A stretch of DNA of 64,000 nucleotides from Narcine bancroftii (lineage: Eukaryota). Position numbers and translations under genes: made by a program. Location of the stretch: assembly GCF_036971445.1 (NCBI RefSeq), contig NC_091473.1, positions 205,094,377-205,158,376 of the forward strand. The letters run 5' to 3'. Positions 34,566-46,678 of this stretch are shown here, piece by piece (position 1 is the stretch's first letter; each line of letters begins with the position of its first letter). The notes below the pieces were generated by a model. That model worked only from the letters and a program-made list of their open reading frames with translations, was not told the DNA's origin and did no database searches.

Positions 34566-36730
34566 AGGTGTTCTACGCAAAGCCGTCCTGGCCAGAGAAG
34601 AAATGAGCCTTCCGTCGCGCATGCAGCCATCTTCAGCGCAAACTCCGGGAGATCCAAAATGAGTGGTTGACTAGCCTCGCCAAACGAACCCAGCTCAGCG
34701 CGGACATTGGCGACTTCAGGGGTTTTTACGAGGCTCTAAAGGCTGTGTACGGCCCTTCATCCCCAAGTCCAAAGCCCGCTGCGCAGCTCAGACGGCAAAA
34801 TCCTCCTCAGTGACAAGATCTCCATCCTCAACCGATGGTCAGAACACTTCCAATCTCTTTTCAGTGCCAACCGCTCAGTCCAAGAATCCACCCTGCTCCA
34901 GCTCCCTCAACTGCCCTTAAGGCTAGAGTTGGATGAGGTCCTCACCCGGGAAGAGACATATAAGGCAATTGAACAACTGAAAAGTGGCAAAGCAGCAGGT
35001 ATGGATGGAATCCCCCCAGAGGTCTGGAAGCCTGGCGGCAAAACTCTGCATGCCGAACTGCAAGCTCTGCTGGGACCAAGGAAAGCTGCCTCAGGACCTT
35101 CGTGATGCCATCATCATCACCCTGTACAAAAACAAAGGCGAGAAATCAGACTGCTCCAACTACAGGGGAATCACGATGCTCTTTATTGCAGGCAAAATCT
35201 TCGCTAGGATTCTCCTAAATAGAATAATACCTAGAGTCGCCGAAAATGTTCTCCCAGAATCACAGTGCGGCTTTCGCGCAAACAGAGGAACTACTGACAT
35301 GATCTTTGCCCTCAGACAGCTCCAAGAAAAGTGCAGAGAATAAAACAAAGGACTCTACATCACCTTTGTTGACCTCACCAAAGCCTTCAACACCGTGAGC
35401 AGGAAAGGGCTTTGGCAAATACTAGAGCACCTCGGATGCCCCCCCAAAGTTCCTCAACATGGTTATCCAACTGCACGAAAACCAACAAGATCGGGTCAGA
35501 TACAGCAATGAGTTCTCTGAACCCTTCTCCATTAACAATGGCATGAAGCAAGGCTGCGTTCTCGCACCAACCCTCTTTTCAATCTTCGTCAGCATGATGC
35601 TGAAACAAGCCATGAAAGACCTCAACAATGAAGATGCAGTTTACATCCGGTACCGCACGGATGGCAGTCTCTTCAATCTGAGGCACCTGCAAGCTCACAC
35701 CAAGACACAAGAGCAACTTGTCCGTGAACTACTCTTTGCAGACAATGCCGCTTTAGTTGCCCATTCAGAGCCAGCTCTTCAGCGCTTGACGTCCTGTTTT
35801 GCGGAAACTGCCAAGATGTTTGGCCTGGAAGTCAGCCTGAAGAAAACTGAGGTCCTCCATCAGCCAGCTCCCCACCATGACTACCAGCCCCCCCACATCT
35901 CCATCGGGAACACAAAACTCAAAACGGTAAAACAGTTTACCTATCTCGGCTGCACCATTTCATCGGATACAAGGATCGACAACGAGATAGACAACAGACT
36001 CACCAAGGCAAATAGCGCTTTTGGAAGACTACACAAAAGAGTCTGGGAAAACAACCAACTGAAAAACCTTACAAAGATTAGCGTATACAGAGCCGTTGTC
36101 ATACCCACACTCCTGTTCGGCTCCGAATCATGGGTCCTCTACCGGCATCACCTACGGCTCCTAGAACGCTTCCACCAGCGTTGTCTCCGCTCCATCCTCA
36201 ACATTGATTGGAGCGACTTCATCTCCAACATCGAAGTACTCGAGATGGCAGAGGCTGACAGCATCAAATCCACGCTGCTGAAGATCCAACTGCTCCGGGT
36301 AGGTCACGTCTCCAGAATGGAGGACCATCGCCTTCCTAAGATCATGTTATATGGCGAGCTCTCCACTGGCCACCGAGACAGAGGTGCACCAAAGAAGAGG
36401 TACAAGGACTGCCTAAAGAAATCTCTTGGTGCCTGCCACATTGACCACTGCCAGTGGGCTGATATCGCCTCAAACCGTGCATCTTGGCGCCTCACAGTTC
36501 GGCGGGCAGCCTTTGAAGAAGACCGCAGAGCCCATCTCACTGATAAAGGACAAAGGAGGAAAAACCCAACACCCAACCCCAACCAACCAATTTTCCCTTG
36601 CAACCGCTGCAACCGTGTCTGCCTTTCCCGCATCGGACTTGTCAGCCACAAACGAGCCTGCAGCTCACGTAGTCATTACCCCTCCATAAATCTTCTTCCG
36701 CGAAGCCTAGCCAAAGAAGAAGACAGGCAC
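34565..36730 (+). mobile_element. LINE-A family copy, 5'-truncated, colinear, ~2.2 kb
   Basis: ...AKPSWPEKK.AFRRACSHLQRKLREIQNEW...KAVYGPSSPSPKPAAQLRRQ...RT...CCHC region. 3' end ...CCATAAATCTTCTTCCGCGAAGCCTAGCCAAAGAAGAAGAC. Confidence 0.85.
35459..36660 (+). CDS. LINE-A reverse transcriptase plus C-terminal Cys/His motif (445-aa ORF; probably decayed at its N-terminus)
   Basis: ...LLFADNAALVAHSE... (F/YxDD box), ...HVSRMEDHRLPKIMLYGELSTGHRDRGAPKKRYKDCLKK..., CNRCNRVCLSRIGLVSHKRAC. Confidence 0.8.
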
Positions 36731-37037
36731 ATGGACAGAAAAAAAATAGAGGGTTACGAGGAGGGAGGTTTTTTAAAAAAGGATTGCATGGGTTAGTACA
36801 ACACTGAAGGCTGAAGGGCCTGTAATGTGCTGTGTGTTCAAAGCAACTACATCCCCCTGTAAAGAGGTGCCCAGATTTGAACACAACACTCCAAGTAGAG
36901 CCTAAACAGAGTTTTCTATCCAGAACTCCATTCCAGAGTCCCAATCCAGATTCTCAATCCAGATCACTAAGGGGATCAGAGCCATGTCAGGTAGCCTGAT
37001 GTTCAGAGGAGGCAGACCATGCCCCAGCCCTACTCAC

Positions 37038-37187
37038 CGAGCTCCGTCTCTTTTGGGCTTTGCAGCGCTGTCTCCTGGAGTTGTACTTGGCCAGCTGATA
37101 CTCGTCGAAGGTGCGGAAAGAGTCAGTCAGGCCCTGCCGCAGGCAGGAGGGGAAGGGACCGAAGGTCTTAGGGGAGTTCGCCAGGCT
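37038..37187 (-). CDS. TEP1: TEP1-like exon (SLANSPKTFGPFPSCLRQGLTDSFRTFDEYQLAKYNSRRQRCKAQKRRSS)
   Basis: Acceptor cccctggcag|AGCCTGGCG and donor GAGCTCG|gtgagtagg. Matches human SLAEGDKNKLVPLPACLRTAMTDKFAQFDEYQLAKYNPRKHRAK. Confidence 0.85.
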
Positions 37188-37900
37188 CTGCCAGGGGAGA
37201 AGAGCAGATGAGGATGGTCCAGTGGGACACAGGCACACACAGAGTGACCACGTTCACTTCGGGTGGTGATGGGATTGGCAGAATAAGGGCAAGAGCACCA
37301 CGGGGAGGGGAGTCATGGGGCGGGGGAAGACAGGGGAGGGGAGGATGGGGAAAGAGGGGGAGGGGGGAGGGGGAGAGAGGGGGGGGAGGGGGAGGGGGAG
37401 GAAAGGGAGGGGAAAAGAAGGGGAGGGGAAAAGAAGGGAAGAAGGGGAGAGAGGGGAGGGGCAGAGTTGGGGAGCAGGCCCAGTCCTGCTCCTACATCTT
37501 CACGCTCAGTATCAAGCCTTCCCCTCTTCTTTGGGCCCAGCCCCATCATGTCCCCTTGACCTCAGGCCAGTTCCCGTCCTGCCCACTCAGGCCAAGCATC
37601 CATTTCATTTCCCCATCCCGTCATCTTGGACCCAGCCCCAATCTGCACCCCCCCCCTTGGGCCCACCCCAACCTGTGCCACCCAGCCCCTGGCCCCACCT
37701 ACCTTACCCTCGGACCCAGGCCCCATCCCACTTCTCAGGTCCTGGTCCTGTTCTGCACCCTTTAAGCCCAGCCTGTCTGCGTGGCCCCCCACCCCTTCCC
37801 CGTCAGATCCAGTCCTTATTCCTGCCCCCTTAACCATTGGCCCCCACCCCCTCCTTGGTCTCAGACCCAACAGCCATCCCACCTCCTCACCCTTGGCCTG
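37160..37900. repeat. Segmental tandem duplication, copy 1 (~750 bp, includes a purine-rich GGGGAG tract)
   Basis: Aligns to 38860-39620 at high identity (e.g. gggagcaggcccagtcct[ga]t[ct]cctacatcttc[ag]cgctcagtatc...). Confidence 0.8.
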
Positions 37901-38099
37901 AGCTGGCCCCTCTCCCAGTCCCTATCCCACCCTCTCACCCTGGGGACAAGCCCCTGTCCCGTCCCCCCTTGGTCTCAGTCCCTATCCCACCCCCTTACCT
38001 TGGGTCTAGCCCCTGGCCTCTCTCCCCTCCCCCCCGCTGGGTCTCAGACCCAGCCACAATCCCGCCCACAGAACACCCACCCTGCCCCCTCGGGCCTAC

Positions 38100-38261
38100 C
38101 TGGAAGAGCCTGGGCACTTGGAGCCAGTCAGAGGGCAGGCGCACGGCCCGAGCGAAGTATCGGCGCAGGTGGGGCCTCACGGAGGGGAGCAGGGCGCCCA
38201 CCGCTAACAGAAAGTTGGCCACGGACCGAATGTTCAGCTCGTGCCTGGCATACAGAGCGAC
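38100..38261 (-). CDS. TEP1: TEP1-like exon, TROVE domain (VALYARHELNIRSVANFLLAVGALLPSVRPHLRRYFARAVRLPSDWLQVPRLFQ)
   Basis: Acceptor cctcacag|GTCGCTCTG and donor CTCTTCCAG|gtaggcc. Matches human ASLYARQQLNVRNVANNILAIAAFLPACRPHLRRYFCAIVQLPSDWIQVAELYQ. Confidence 0.85.
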
Positions 38262-38859
38262 CTGTGAGGTGGGGGATGTGGGTGGAAATAGCAATGGTCA
38301 GGGGTCACCAACCAGCAAGGAACCTCCTCCCCCTTGGCCCACTCCCCACCAAGGCACTCCTGGGGATTTGGGGAAGAGCAGATGAGGTCCAAGAAATATT
38401 GAACCCCACTATGACAGGATTTCTCTTGTCATCACCTACCACCCCACCAGCCTCTGCATCCAATTCATTATCCTCTGTAATATCCGCCAATGACATGATC
38501 CCACCACTAAACACATCTTCCCCTCCCCTCTCCTCTTTCCACAGGGACTGGTCTCTCCATGACCCCCTCATCCACTCATTCCCTTTCCGCTGATCGTCCC
38601 CTTCCGTATCCACCGAGACCACAGGAGATGCTCCACCTATGCCCACATCTCCTGCTTCACCGCCATTGGGCCCCCACTCAGCCCATCCAAGAGAAGCAAT
38701 GCGCCAATCGTGAATCTGCAGAGGTCCTCCGCTGCTTCGGTGGCCTCTACTACGTCAGAGAGACTGGACGCAGACTGGGGCTTCGATTTGGTGAGCACTG
38801 TTGCTCTGTCCTCTACAATAGCGAGGTCCCTCCCGGGGGGCCAAACAATTCTGCACCCT

Positions 38860-39620
38860 ACTTCCATGCACTGGTTAGGGGAGTTCACCAGGCTCTGCCA
38901 GGGGAGGAGCAGATGAGGATGGTCCAGTGGGACACAGGCACACACAGAGTGACCATGTTCACTTCGGGTGGTGATGGGATTGGCAGGGGTGGGGCAGAAT
39001 AAGGGTAAGAGCACCATGGGGAGGGGAGTCATGGGGTGGGGGAAGCAGGGGAGGGGGAGAGAGGGGGAGGGGGAGAGAGCGGGGAAGGAAGGGGAGGGGA
39101 AAAGAAGGGAAGAAGAGAGGGGAGGGAAAAGGGGAGAGAGGGGAGGGGCAGTGTTGGGGAGCAGGCCCAGTCCTATTCCTACATCTTCGCGCTCAGTATC
39201 TAGTCTTCTCCTCTTCTTTGGGCCCAGCCCGTCATCCCCCCTCAACCTCAGGCCAGTTCCCGTCCTGCCCGCTCAGGCCCAGCATCCATTTCATTTCCCC
39301 ATCCCGTCATCTTGGACCCAGCCCCAATCTGGACACCCCCCCCCTTGGGCCCACCCCAACCTGTGCCACCCAGCCCCTGGCCCCACCTACCTTACCCTCG
39401 GACCCAGGCCCCATCCCACTTCTCAGGTCCTGGTCCTGTTCTGCACCCTTTAAGCCCAGCCCGTCTGCATGCCCCCCCACCCCCTCCCCGTCTCAGATCC
39501 AGTCCTTATTCCTGCCCTCTTAACCTTTGGCCCCCACCCCCTCCTTGGTCTCAGACCCAGCAGCCATCCCGCCTCCTCACCCTTGGCCTGAGCTGGCCCC
39601 TGTCCCAGTCCCTATCCCAA
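38860..39620. repeat. Segmental tandem duplication, copy 2
   Basis: See 37160-37900. Confidence 0.8.
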
Positions 39621-39639
39621 CCCCTCACCCTTGATACAT

Positions 39640-40250
39640 GCACCCTCCAACCAGATGGAATTAACATCAACTACTCTGGTTTCCATTAGACTCTGCATCA
39701 CCATCCCTACATCAGGGTGTTTTTCATCGACTCCAGCTTTCAACACCATCATCCCCTCGGCATTGGTCAGCAAGCCTCAAAACCTGGGCCTCCTAGATTT
39801 CGTGCTTAGCCCACTGCTCTACTCTGTGTACATCCATGACTGTGGGGGGAGGCTCAATGCAAATCCATCTACAAAATGGCCGAATCGCAGGTGACAATGA
39901 GGACGCATACAGGACTGCAATAGATCAGCCAGTTGAGTGGTGTCAAACGTCAGGCCAACTAAGGAGCTGATTGTGGACCGGAGGCAGGGGAAGCCAGGAG
40001 AGCAAGAGCCAGCCCTCGTCGAGGGGGTCAGCACAGTGCAACCTCACCTTCCAAGACATCAAGACCTATCCTGGGGGAATCACCTTGATGCAAATCACGA
40101 AGGCTCGCCTTGTTCGGAGGTTGAGGCGATTTGGCCTAGCACCAAAGACTCTTGCAGATTTCTGCGGGAGGACCGTGGAGAGCATTCTGTGTGGTGGGTC
40201 GCCATCGTCCTGTCCCACCATCAGCCACACTGAGGGTGGGCCCGCCCCTG
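39640..40250 (+). mobile_element. 'Family J' (jockey-like) retroelement RT fragment, with frameshifts and stops
   Basis: ...FNTIIPSALVSKPQNLGLLDFVLSPLLYSVYIHDCGG... then ...KELIVDRRQGKPGEQEPALVEGVSTVQ... then ...KARLVRRLRRFGLAPKTLADFCGRTVESILCGG. This matches the remembered GVPQGCVLSPLLF.LYT.DC ... KTKELIVDFR ... QRLYFLRRL.RFG...L..FY...IESIL pattern. Confidence 0.55.
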
Positions 40251-40439
40251 GGTGTCCTCCCCCCCCCAACCCCCGTCCAGCTTCCCTCGGGCCTCCTCCC
40301 CGACTGTCTCCCAAACCTACAACACAACAATTTGACCCTACCTTCCCTCGCGTCTTTCAAACCTGCGTCTGTCTACGAGTCTTTTAAATGTAGCCATTGT
40401 ACCACCCTCCGCACTGCATTCCAGGCACCCATCACTCTC

Positions 40440-40930
40440 TAAATTAAAAAAAACTTATCTCGGACATCGTCCCTGAACTTTCCTCCACTTACCTTGTCCT
40501 CTGGTATTTGCTATTGTAGTCCCGAGAAAAAGGTACTGGCTGTCCACCCTATCTAAGCTCCTTGTAATCATATGCACTTCTATGGTCATCTCTCATCCGT
40601 CTCTCAAATGAGCAACCTTGCTTCATGAGATACACTTTCCAATCCAGGCAAAATCCTGGTCAATCTGCTCTGCACCCTCTCCGCAGCATCCACACCTTTC
40701 CTGTAAAGCGTTGACCAGAACCGAACACAATACTCCAAGTGAAGTCTAACCAGAGTTTTTAGACAGCTGCAACATTACCCCATGGCTCCTGAACACATTC
40801 CCTGACCAATGATGGCAGCACACCTTCTTTACCACCCCATCAACCTGCACGGCAACCTTGAGCGATTGATGGACCTGGACCCCAAAATCTCAGTTCCTCG
40901 GTACGATTAAGAATCCTGCCATTGACCACG
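40440..40930 (-). mobile_element. CR1/L2-like fragment
   Basis: Homologous to 52000-52590 and 7130-7830 (ccagaaccgaacacaatactccaa, the reverse complement of the LEYCxQFWS region). Confidence 0.55.
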
Positions 40931-41199
40931 TATTCTGCCTTCAAGTTCGACTTTCCAAGGTGCGTCATTTCACACGTCTCCGGGTAAACCTCCTTCTCCC
41001 ACCCGACTCTGTATCCTGTCTGTCTTCCGTTCTAACCCGCGACCCCTCCAATCCCAGTGTCACCTGAAAAATGACTAACTCAACCCCTTCTCCCACCCCC
41101 ACTGCTGCTTCTTCGTCCAGGTCACTCTTCATAGAGCAATACACCACACTGCAGGCCCTTCGGCCCTCAATGTTGTGCCAACCCATATATTCCTTCCAA

Positions 41200-41560
41200 A
41201 AGAAAAGGTACTAACCCCTCCCTACCCCAGAACCCTCTATTTTTCTTCTGTTCATGTGTACGTCTAAGAGTCTTGGAAATTCCCCCAGTGTTTCAGCCTC
41301 CAACACCATCCCCGGCGAGGCATTCCAGGCACCCACAACTCTCTGTGTTTAAAAAAACTCTCCCCTAAACTTCACCTTATACACATCCTCTGGTGTTTGC
41401 TACTCCCACCCGAGGAAATGGGTGCTGGCTATGCCTCTCAGAATCTTGTAGACTTCTATTAAGTCTCCTCTCATCCTTCTGTGATCCAAAGAGAGAAGTC
41501 CCAGCTCTGCTAGCCTTGCCTCATAAGATTTACCAGGCAGCATCCTGGTAAATCTTCATC
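41200..41560 (-). mobile_element. CR1/L2-like fragment
   Basis: Homologous to 7340-7560 (ggcattccaggcacccac.actct...aaaaaa...). Confidence 0.5.
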
Positions 41561-41714
41561 CAAACTCTGCTCTGAACTACTTATCCAACCCCCCAATCAT
41601 CGAGGAAGGGTTGAGGGGGGTGGGGGTGCTAGCAAATGGCCAGAACTGCTCCTGGACCCCACACTGACAGTTTCTCTCTCACTCTTTCTTGTGCACGGCA
41701 AGGCTCTCTCACAC

Positions 41715-41849
41715 CTTTAAGAGGAACTCAGGATCATCCTCCGCCACCTCTCGGCACAGGTTCAGCAGCAGCTGGCGGGTCGGGTCACTGGGGTTGGTGA
41801 AATTAGGACCCTGCAGCAAAGAGGAACAGACAGCTTCGAGCAGGGACTC
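41715..41849 (-). CDS. TEP1: TEP1-like exon (ESLLEAVCSSLLQGPNFTNPSDPTRQLLLNLCREVAEDDPEFLLK)
   Basis: Acceptor ccccttccag|GAGTCCCTG and donor TTAAAG|gtgtgag. Matches human MALLSLLCSTLVSEVNMNNTSDPTLAAIFEICRELALLEPEFILK. Confidence 0.85.
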
Positions 41850-42589
41850 CTGGAAGGGGTGGGGAGAGAGAAAATTGGGGTTAAAAGGATAGCGTCGCCG
41901 TACCCAGCAGCAGACACCCGTGGATGCTGTGGTCCAGTGTCGAGAAACCCCTGCCCCACTTCTCACCTCTGCAACCCTCATCATTGAGGGAGGGAGGTGG
42001 GAAGTTGGCATTTCGGGTCGGGACCCTTCTTAAGAGCCCCAGGAGGAGCAGGGAGGGGTCCCGGATTGCAGACAGAAACTGTACCCCTCTGAGGGAGGGG
42101 GGATGGTCTGTGACATCCTGGAGGACCCTCCCCCACCAATCCCATGCTGGCCAAGCCAACCCCATTTGCCTGCATTCCGGCCCCTGGACCTCTCCTATCC
42201 ACGTACCCTCCAAAAGTTTAATTCCAGCCCCCACCCCTTCCTCCAGCAGCTTGTCCCATGCACCCACCATCTCTGTGTGAAGGTGATCCCCTCTCACCTT
42301 AATCCCATGTACTCTGGTTTCAGATTCCCCGAGTCTGGGGGAGGGGAGGGGGGGGAAACTGTGACTGCCCGCCTTATCCACGTCCTTCCTGATTTTAGAA
42401 ACCTCTCTCAGGTCTGCCTCAACCTTTGACACTCGAGGAAGAAATGCCACGAGAGTGCAGAAAAGAATGATTGATGGGCTGGGTAAGGGAAGGGGTTTGA
42501 ATTGAAATGTCAACTGTTCTGATCCCTCCCACAGATGCTGCTTGAACTGGTGAGTTCCACTGGCAGAGTGGTTCACTGGTGGTGGTGGT

Positions 42590-42850
42590 GGGTGGGTGGG
42601 GGGTGTGTGTGTGTGGATATACGAGTCTGTGAGTATGACAGTGTGTGTGAGTGCATGTTTGTGTGTGAGTGCGTGTGTGTGCACGCACCCGCGCATTTGT
42701 ATCTGTACATTTGGGACTTTGTCCATATACGAGTCGATACATGAGTCTGTGTGTGTGAGTGTGAACCTGTGTCTGTGAGAGGGTGTGTCTATGTGTGTCT
42801 TTGCACATGTGCGCGTGTGCGAGGGCACGTGTGCAAGTTTGTAAGTGTGC
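42590..42850. repeat. Imperfect (GT)n / GTGTGTG-rich microsatellite block
   Basis: Direct reading. Confidence 0.7.
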
Positions 42851-43138
42851 CTGCATGTTGGTGAAGTCTGCAACAGGTGGGTTTCCCCCACCCCCCAGGG
42901 TTTCTGGTTCCCAAGAATGCCCCAGAGACCCCATGCAGGTTGGGGAATGAAATTGCCCCACCCACCCTCTTCTCAGTGCAGTGTGGGATGGGGTAGAGAC
43001 AGAATGTGGGGAGGGGGCAGGGAAGAGTGGAATGAGTCAGCAAGAGCAACATGGGGGTTCAGAGGTCGACAAGCCTGCTGTTCGAGGCCTTCCACTGCAC
43101 GAGCCCTCCAATGCGTTCTGGGCCTGGGGAAGCCTCAC

Positions 43139-43294
43139 CTTCTTCTTTCGCAGGCAGGCAGCCTGGTCAGCGGAAGGCTCTGGAACGTCATGCAGCTCTG
43201 GAGGACCTGACTCTCCGGTAGCCTCTGCCAGGTCCTCATACTCTTGTGCAGACAGGTCGCAGATGGGCATGTGTGCATCCGGCTCAACGGGATC
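43139..43294 (-). CDS. TEP1: TEP1-like exon, acidic region (DPVEPDAHMPICDLSAQEYEDLAEATGESGPPELHDVPEPSADQAACLRKKK)
   Basis: Acceptor ttctacctgag|GATCCCGTT and donor AAGAAGAAG|gtgaggc. Resembles human EEEEVEDLAVKLTSGDSESHPEPTDHVLQEKK. Confidence 0.65.
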
Positions 43295-44691
43295 CTCAGG
43301 TAGAAGGGGAGAATGAGCATGTCCGCACATCAATCCTCAACAAGTCTACTCCTGCTGGGAGACATTCCCAAACTCTGCCCGCCTTCCAGCATGGAATTCA
43401 GTAACCCACTCCCAGCAGTGGCGGATTAACTCCTACCCAGACCCCAAGGCTGAGCTTCAGCAAGGCTCCCCCTGACCTTGCCCACCCCCCACCGTCACAC
43501 CCTTCATTGAATAAAGTGATGTTGTTACGTTAAAATATCGCTGTACTATGTGTAATGCACGACATGTATAACATCATAAAGTTATACAAATCAATTACAG
43601 CCCTTTCATTCATTTTCTTTACATTTGTACTTAAACAACCTCCGTGTTTTTTGGATTACAGAAATATCGATAACAGCACGTAAATCAGCAGATCTAATTC
43701 AATGTGACAGATGACTAAGTTTCTCATGGTTCCTTGTTGAGCACAAATAGGTTTTGATCCCTTTCAGTGTTGAAAATGAACACACACCTGAATAGTTAGT
43801 GATCGTTAAGGAAAGATCAATTCGAAACCAAATGTATGGATTTGGATACACCTCGTACAGTCGATCTCTTGCCAGAGATCGATACATCGTAGTGACCCAC
43901 AAGTATTTCCCACTGGTGGACTGAAACACTGAAGAAATTGTACAATGCCCCAACCCAGAACCCTCCCTCAGCCTACCGCACACCAGAGCTCCTGTCGCCC
44001 CGCCTCTGAACCCTCCCCTCAGCCTATCTTAACTGAGGGGCACAATTTGCGTCTAATGAATTCAGTTTTTAAATAAAACATTTTACTCACATCTCTCCAA
44101 TTTAATTTGAACATAAATAAAGTATCGTTTGCACCTGGGCTTCACGGCGATTCATGCATGCGCAGCGTGCAAACCCCAATCCACGCTGAAGGGCTGAACG
44201 TGCCCAATCAGCAGGGAGCTTATACCGTTAACACCCAATCGACTGGAGACACACAAGGAGACGGCAGATGTCTAAAGCCAAACACAATGCGCAAGAGGAA
44301 CTCAGCAGGAGAAAAAGAACAGTCGATGTTTCGAGCCGGGGCTCCAATCGATGACAAGTCCAAGAAAACCATTTGTCACCAATCAGTGATTGCTCGAACC
44401 CATTTGTTATCGGGCTCCCCTCCCTTCCAGGCCCCTAGCCTTGAGCCTACTCACCTAATGGTTAATCCGCCACTAACACCCATGAATGTTATTCTAAATA
44501 TAAACCCCCCCACCCCCGAACCCAGATAGACCCATCAGTAACCAATCCCTGGGTTACTGATATTGAATAAAAATCCCCAACTCCTCGAACCACTGGATTT
44601 GATCCCAGCTTTTAACCCACTCCCATGGATCTGTTGTTCTATACATTTGTCCCCAATACCTCACCCGACCCCCCCCCCCACCACCCATTAC

Positions 44692-45021
44692 CTGTCGCTG
44701 TGGGACATCCCAGTTTTCTGGGGGCCCCAGGTAGGGTCTGGGTTCCTCCGCTGCCACTGATCTTCGATCCGACTTGGCCCCCAGGGTCTGGAAGCTGGAG
44801 GGGCAGAGGGCGGAGGGCAGCTTTGGGGTGAGGGTGCGGCTGAAGCAGAGGGGAAGTGGGGTTAGGGAGCGGGAGAGGGTCTGGTGGATGCCGGTCCCCA
44901 GAAACCTGTTGCTCAGCAGGTGAGGGGCGGCGAGCTTGGGATGCCGGAGAGATAGGGTCCTGGAGAGCAGTCGGTTGTCCAGGTCGGGGAACCTGCAGAG
45001 AGGCCTCCTCTTGGTCTTCAT
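44692..45021 (-). CDS. TEP1: TEP1-like first coding exon (MKTKRRPLCRFPDLDNRLLSRTLSLRHPKL...PENWDVPQRQ, 110 codons)
   Basis: ATG at 45019-45021 (minus). Donor CGACAG|gtaatgggtgg. The FPDLDNRLLSRTL-type repeats resemble the human N-terminal HPDILSLENRCLATL repeats. The preceding cccacag|GGATG suggests an upstream non-coding exon. Confidence 0.55.
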
Positions 45022-45429
45022 CCCTGTGGGAGAGGTTAGGTGAGGAGGGGAAAAGAGAGCTGGATGAAAGAGGATCTGTCTCCACTTCCCCAGCACACCA
45101 CCACTCCCCCAACCCCAATTGCCCAGCAACCCCTGGTGTAGGGAAGACCCTTTTAAATTTAAAAAGGACAGAGGTGAGTTCTGGAAACATTGCTTCAGCG
45201 CCCTCAACCAACCTTGCTGGCAAGGCCTGGAACCACTGCCGCCTTTGTCTGATGCACCCCTCCTCATCCCGAATACGCCGTTGCTCATACTGTTCCCCCA
45301 CCTAAACACTATGACCATCCTCCCGGATACTGTCAGCCCCTCCTGGACACAGGGAACACCCACTCCCCCGCACACTGGGGACACACTAGACATTGGGAAA
45401 CCATCTCAGACATTCTACCTCCCCTCCTG

Positions 45430-46370
45430 AACATGGGGAACCCCTCCCAGACACTGTAAAACCCCAGTGCCCTCTGTACTTATCCTGGCCCCTAGACTCT
45501 CTTTATCTCTGTAACTACCTCCGGTCCCTACACCCCTCCCCATCACCCCTCTCATTCCCTAAACCACCCCACCCCGTCTCTGCAACTTCCTCCAGTTCCC
45601 TGCTACACTACCTATCTCTGTAGCCCCCTCCGGTCCCCACACCCATCCCTAACACTGTAGTCCCCTCCGGTCCCCACACCCCTCCTAACACTGTAGTCCC
45701 ATCCGGTCCACACACCCCTCCCCAAAACTGTAGTCCCCTCTGGTCCGCACAATACTTCCCATCTCTGTAGCCCCCTCCAGTTCCAACACCCCTCCCTATT
45801 GCTATGGCCCCCTCCAGTTCCCTAACACTGTGGTTCCCTCTGGTTCCAACACCCCTCCCTATCTCTGTAGCCCCCTCTGGTCCCCACACCCCTCCCTAAC
45901 ACCGTAGTTCCCTCTGGTTCCCATACTCCTCCCCATCTCTGTAGCTCCCTCCGGTTCCCACACCCCTCCCTATCTCTGTAGTCCCATCGGGACCCCACAC
46001 CTCTCCCTGACACTGTAGTCCCATCGGGACCCCACACCTCTCCCTGACACTGTAGTCCCCTCCGGTCCCCATACCCCATCCTTATCTCTTTATCCCCCTC
46101 CCTATCTCTGTAACCCCTTCCGTCCCTCACAGCCCACTCGATCTCTGTAAACCCCTCCCGTCCCCCACACCCCTCCCTATTTCTGTAGCCCCTTTCGGTC
46201 CCCACACCCCACTCTATACCTCTCAACCCCTTCGGTTCCCCACACCCCAATTGATCTCTGTAAACCCCTCCCATCCCCCACACCCCTTCCTATCTCTGTA
46301 GCTCCCTCCGGTCCCCACACTCCACTCTATCTGTAAACCCCTACGGTTCCCCTGATCCCTGAAACTGCTT
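45430..46370. repeat. Satellite, ~46-50-bp unit (ctgtagtcccctccggtccccacacccctcccta), ~19 copies
   Basis: Direct reading. Confidence 0.85.
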
Positions 46371-46678
46371 CCAGCCAATCTCGGGGAGGTGGTGTCAATG
46401 GCCGGAGGATCAGGTTTTGAACCCTGACCTCTGCTGCTGTGGGAAGGCAGCGTGGACTACTGTACTGTGCCGGATGGGGGCTTCATGGGGCTCACGTGAA
46501 ATATGTGAATGTGCCGGACCTGTGTCCAGCAGTGGTGAGGCCACAACACGAGTATTGCCTGAAACTCTCTCACACCTCTCTCCATTGATCCCTCACTTCC
46601 CTTCACCACCATCTCACTCTCTCTCTCTGACTCCCACTGTTACACCTCTCTTCCCCCTCCTCTCCTCCCTCAACCGTG

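Noticed and set aside
44107-44529. 140-aa plus-strand ORF (MNINKVSFAPGLHGDSCMRSVQ...)
   Set aside because: No recognisable domain, no splice or promoter context, and it lies in a TEP1 intron next to repeat-like sequence. Probably spurious.
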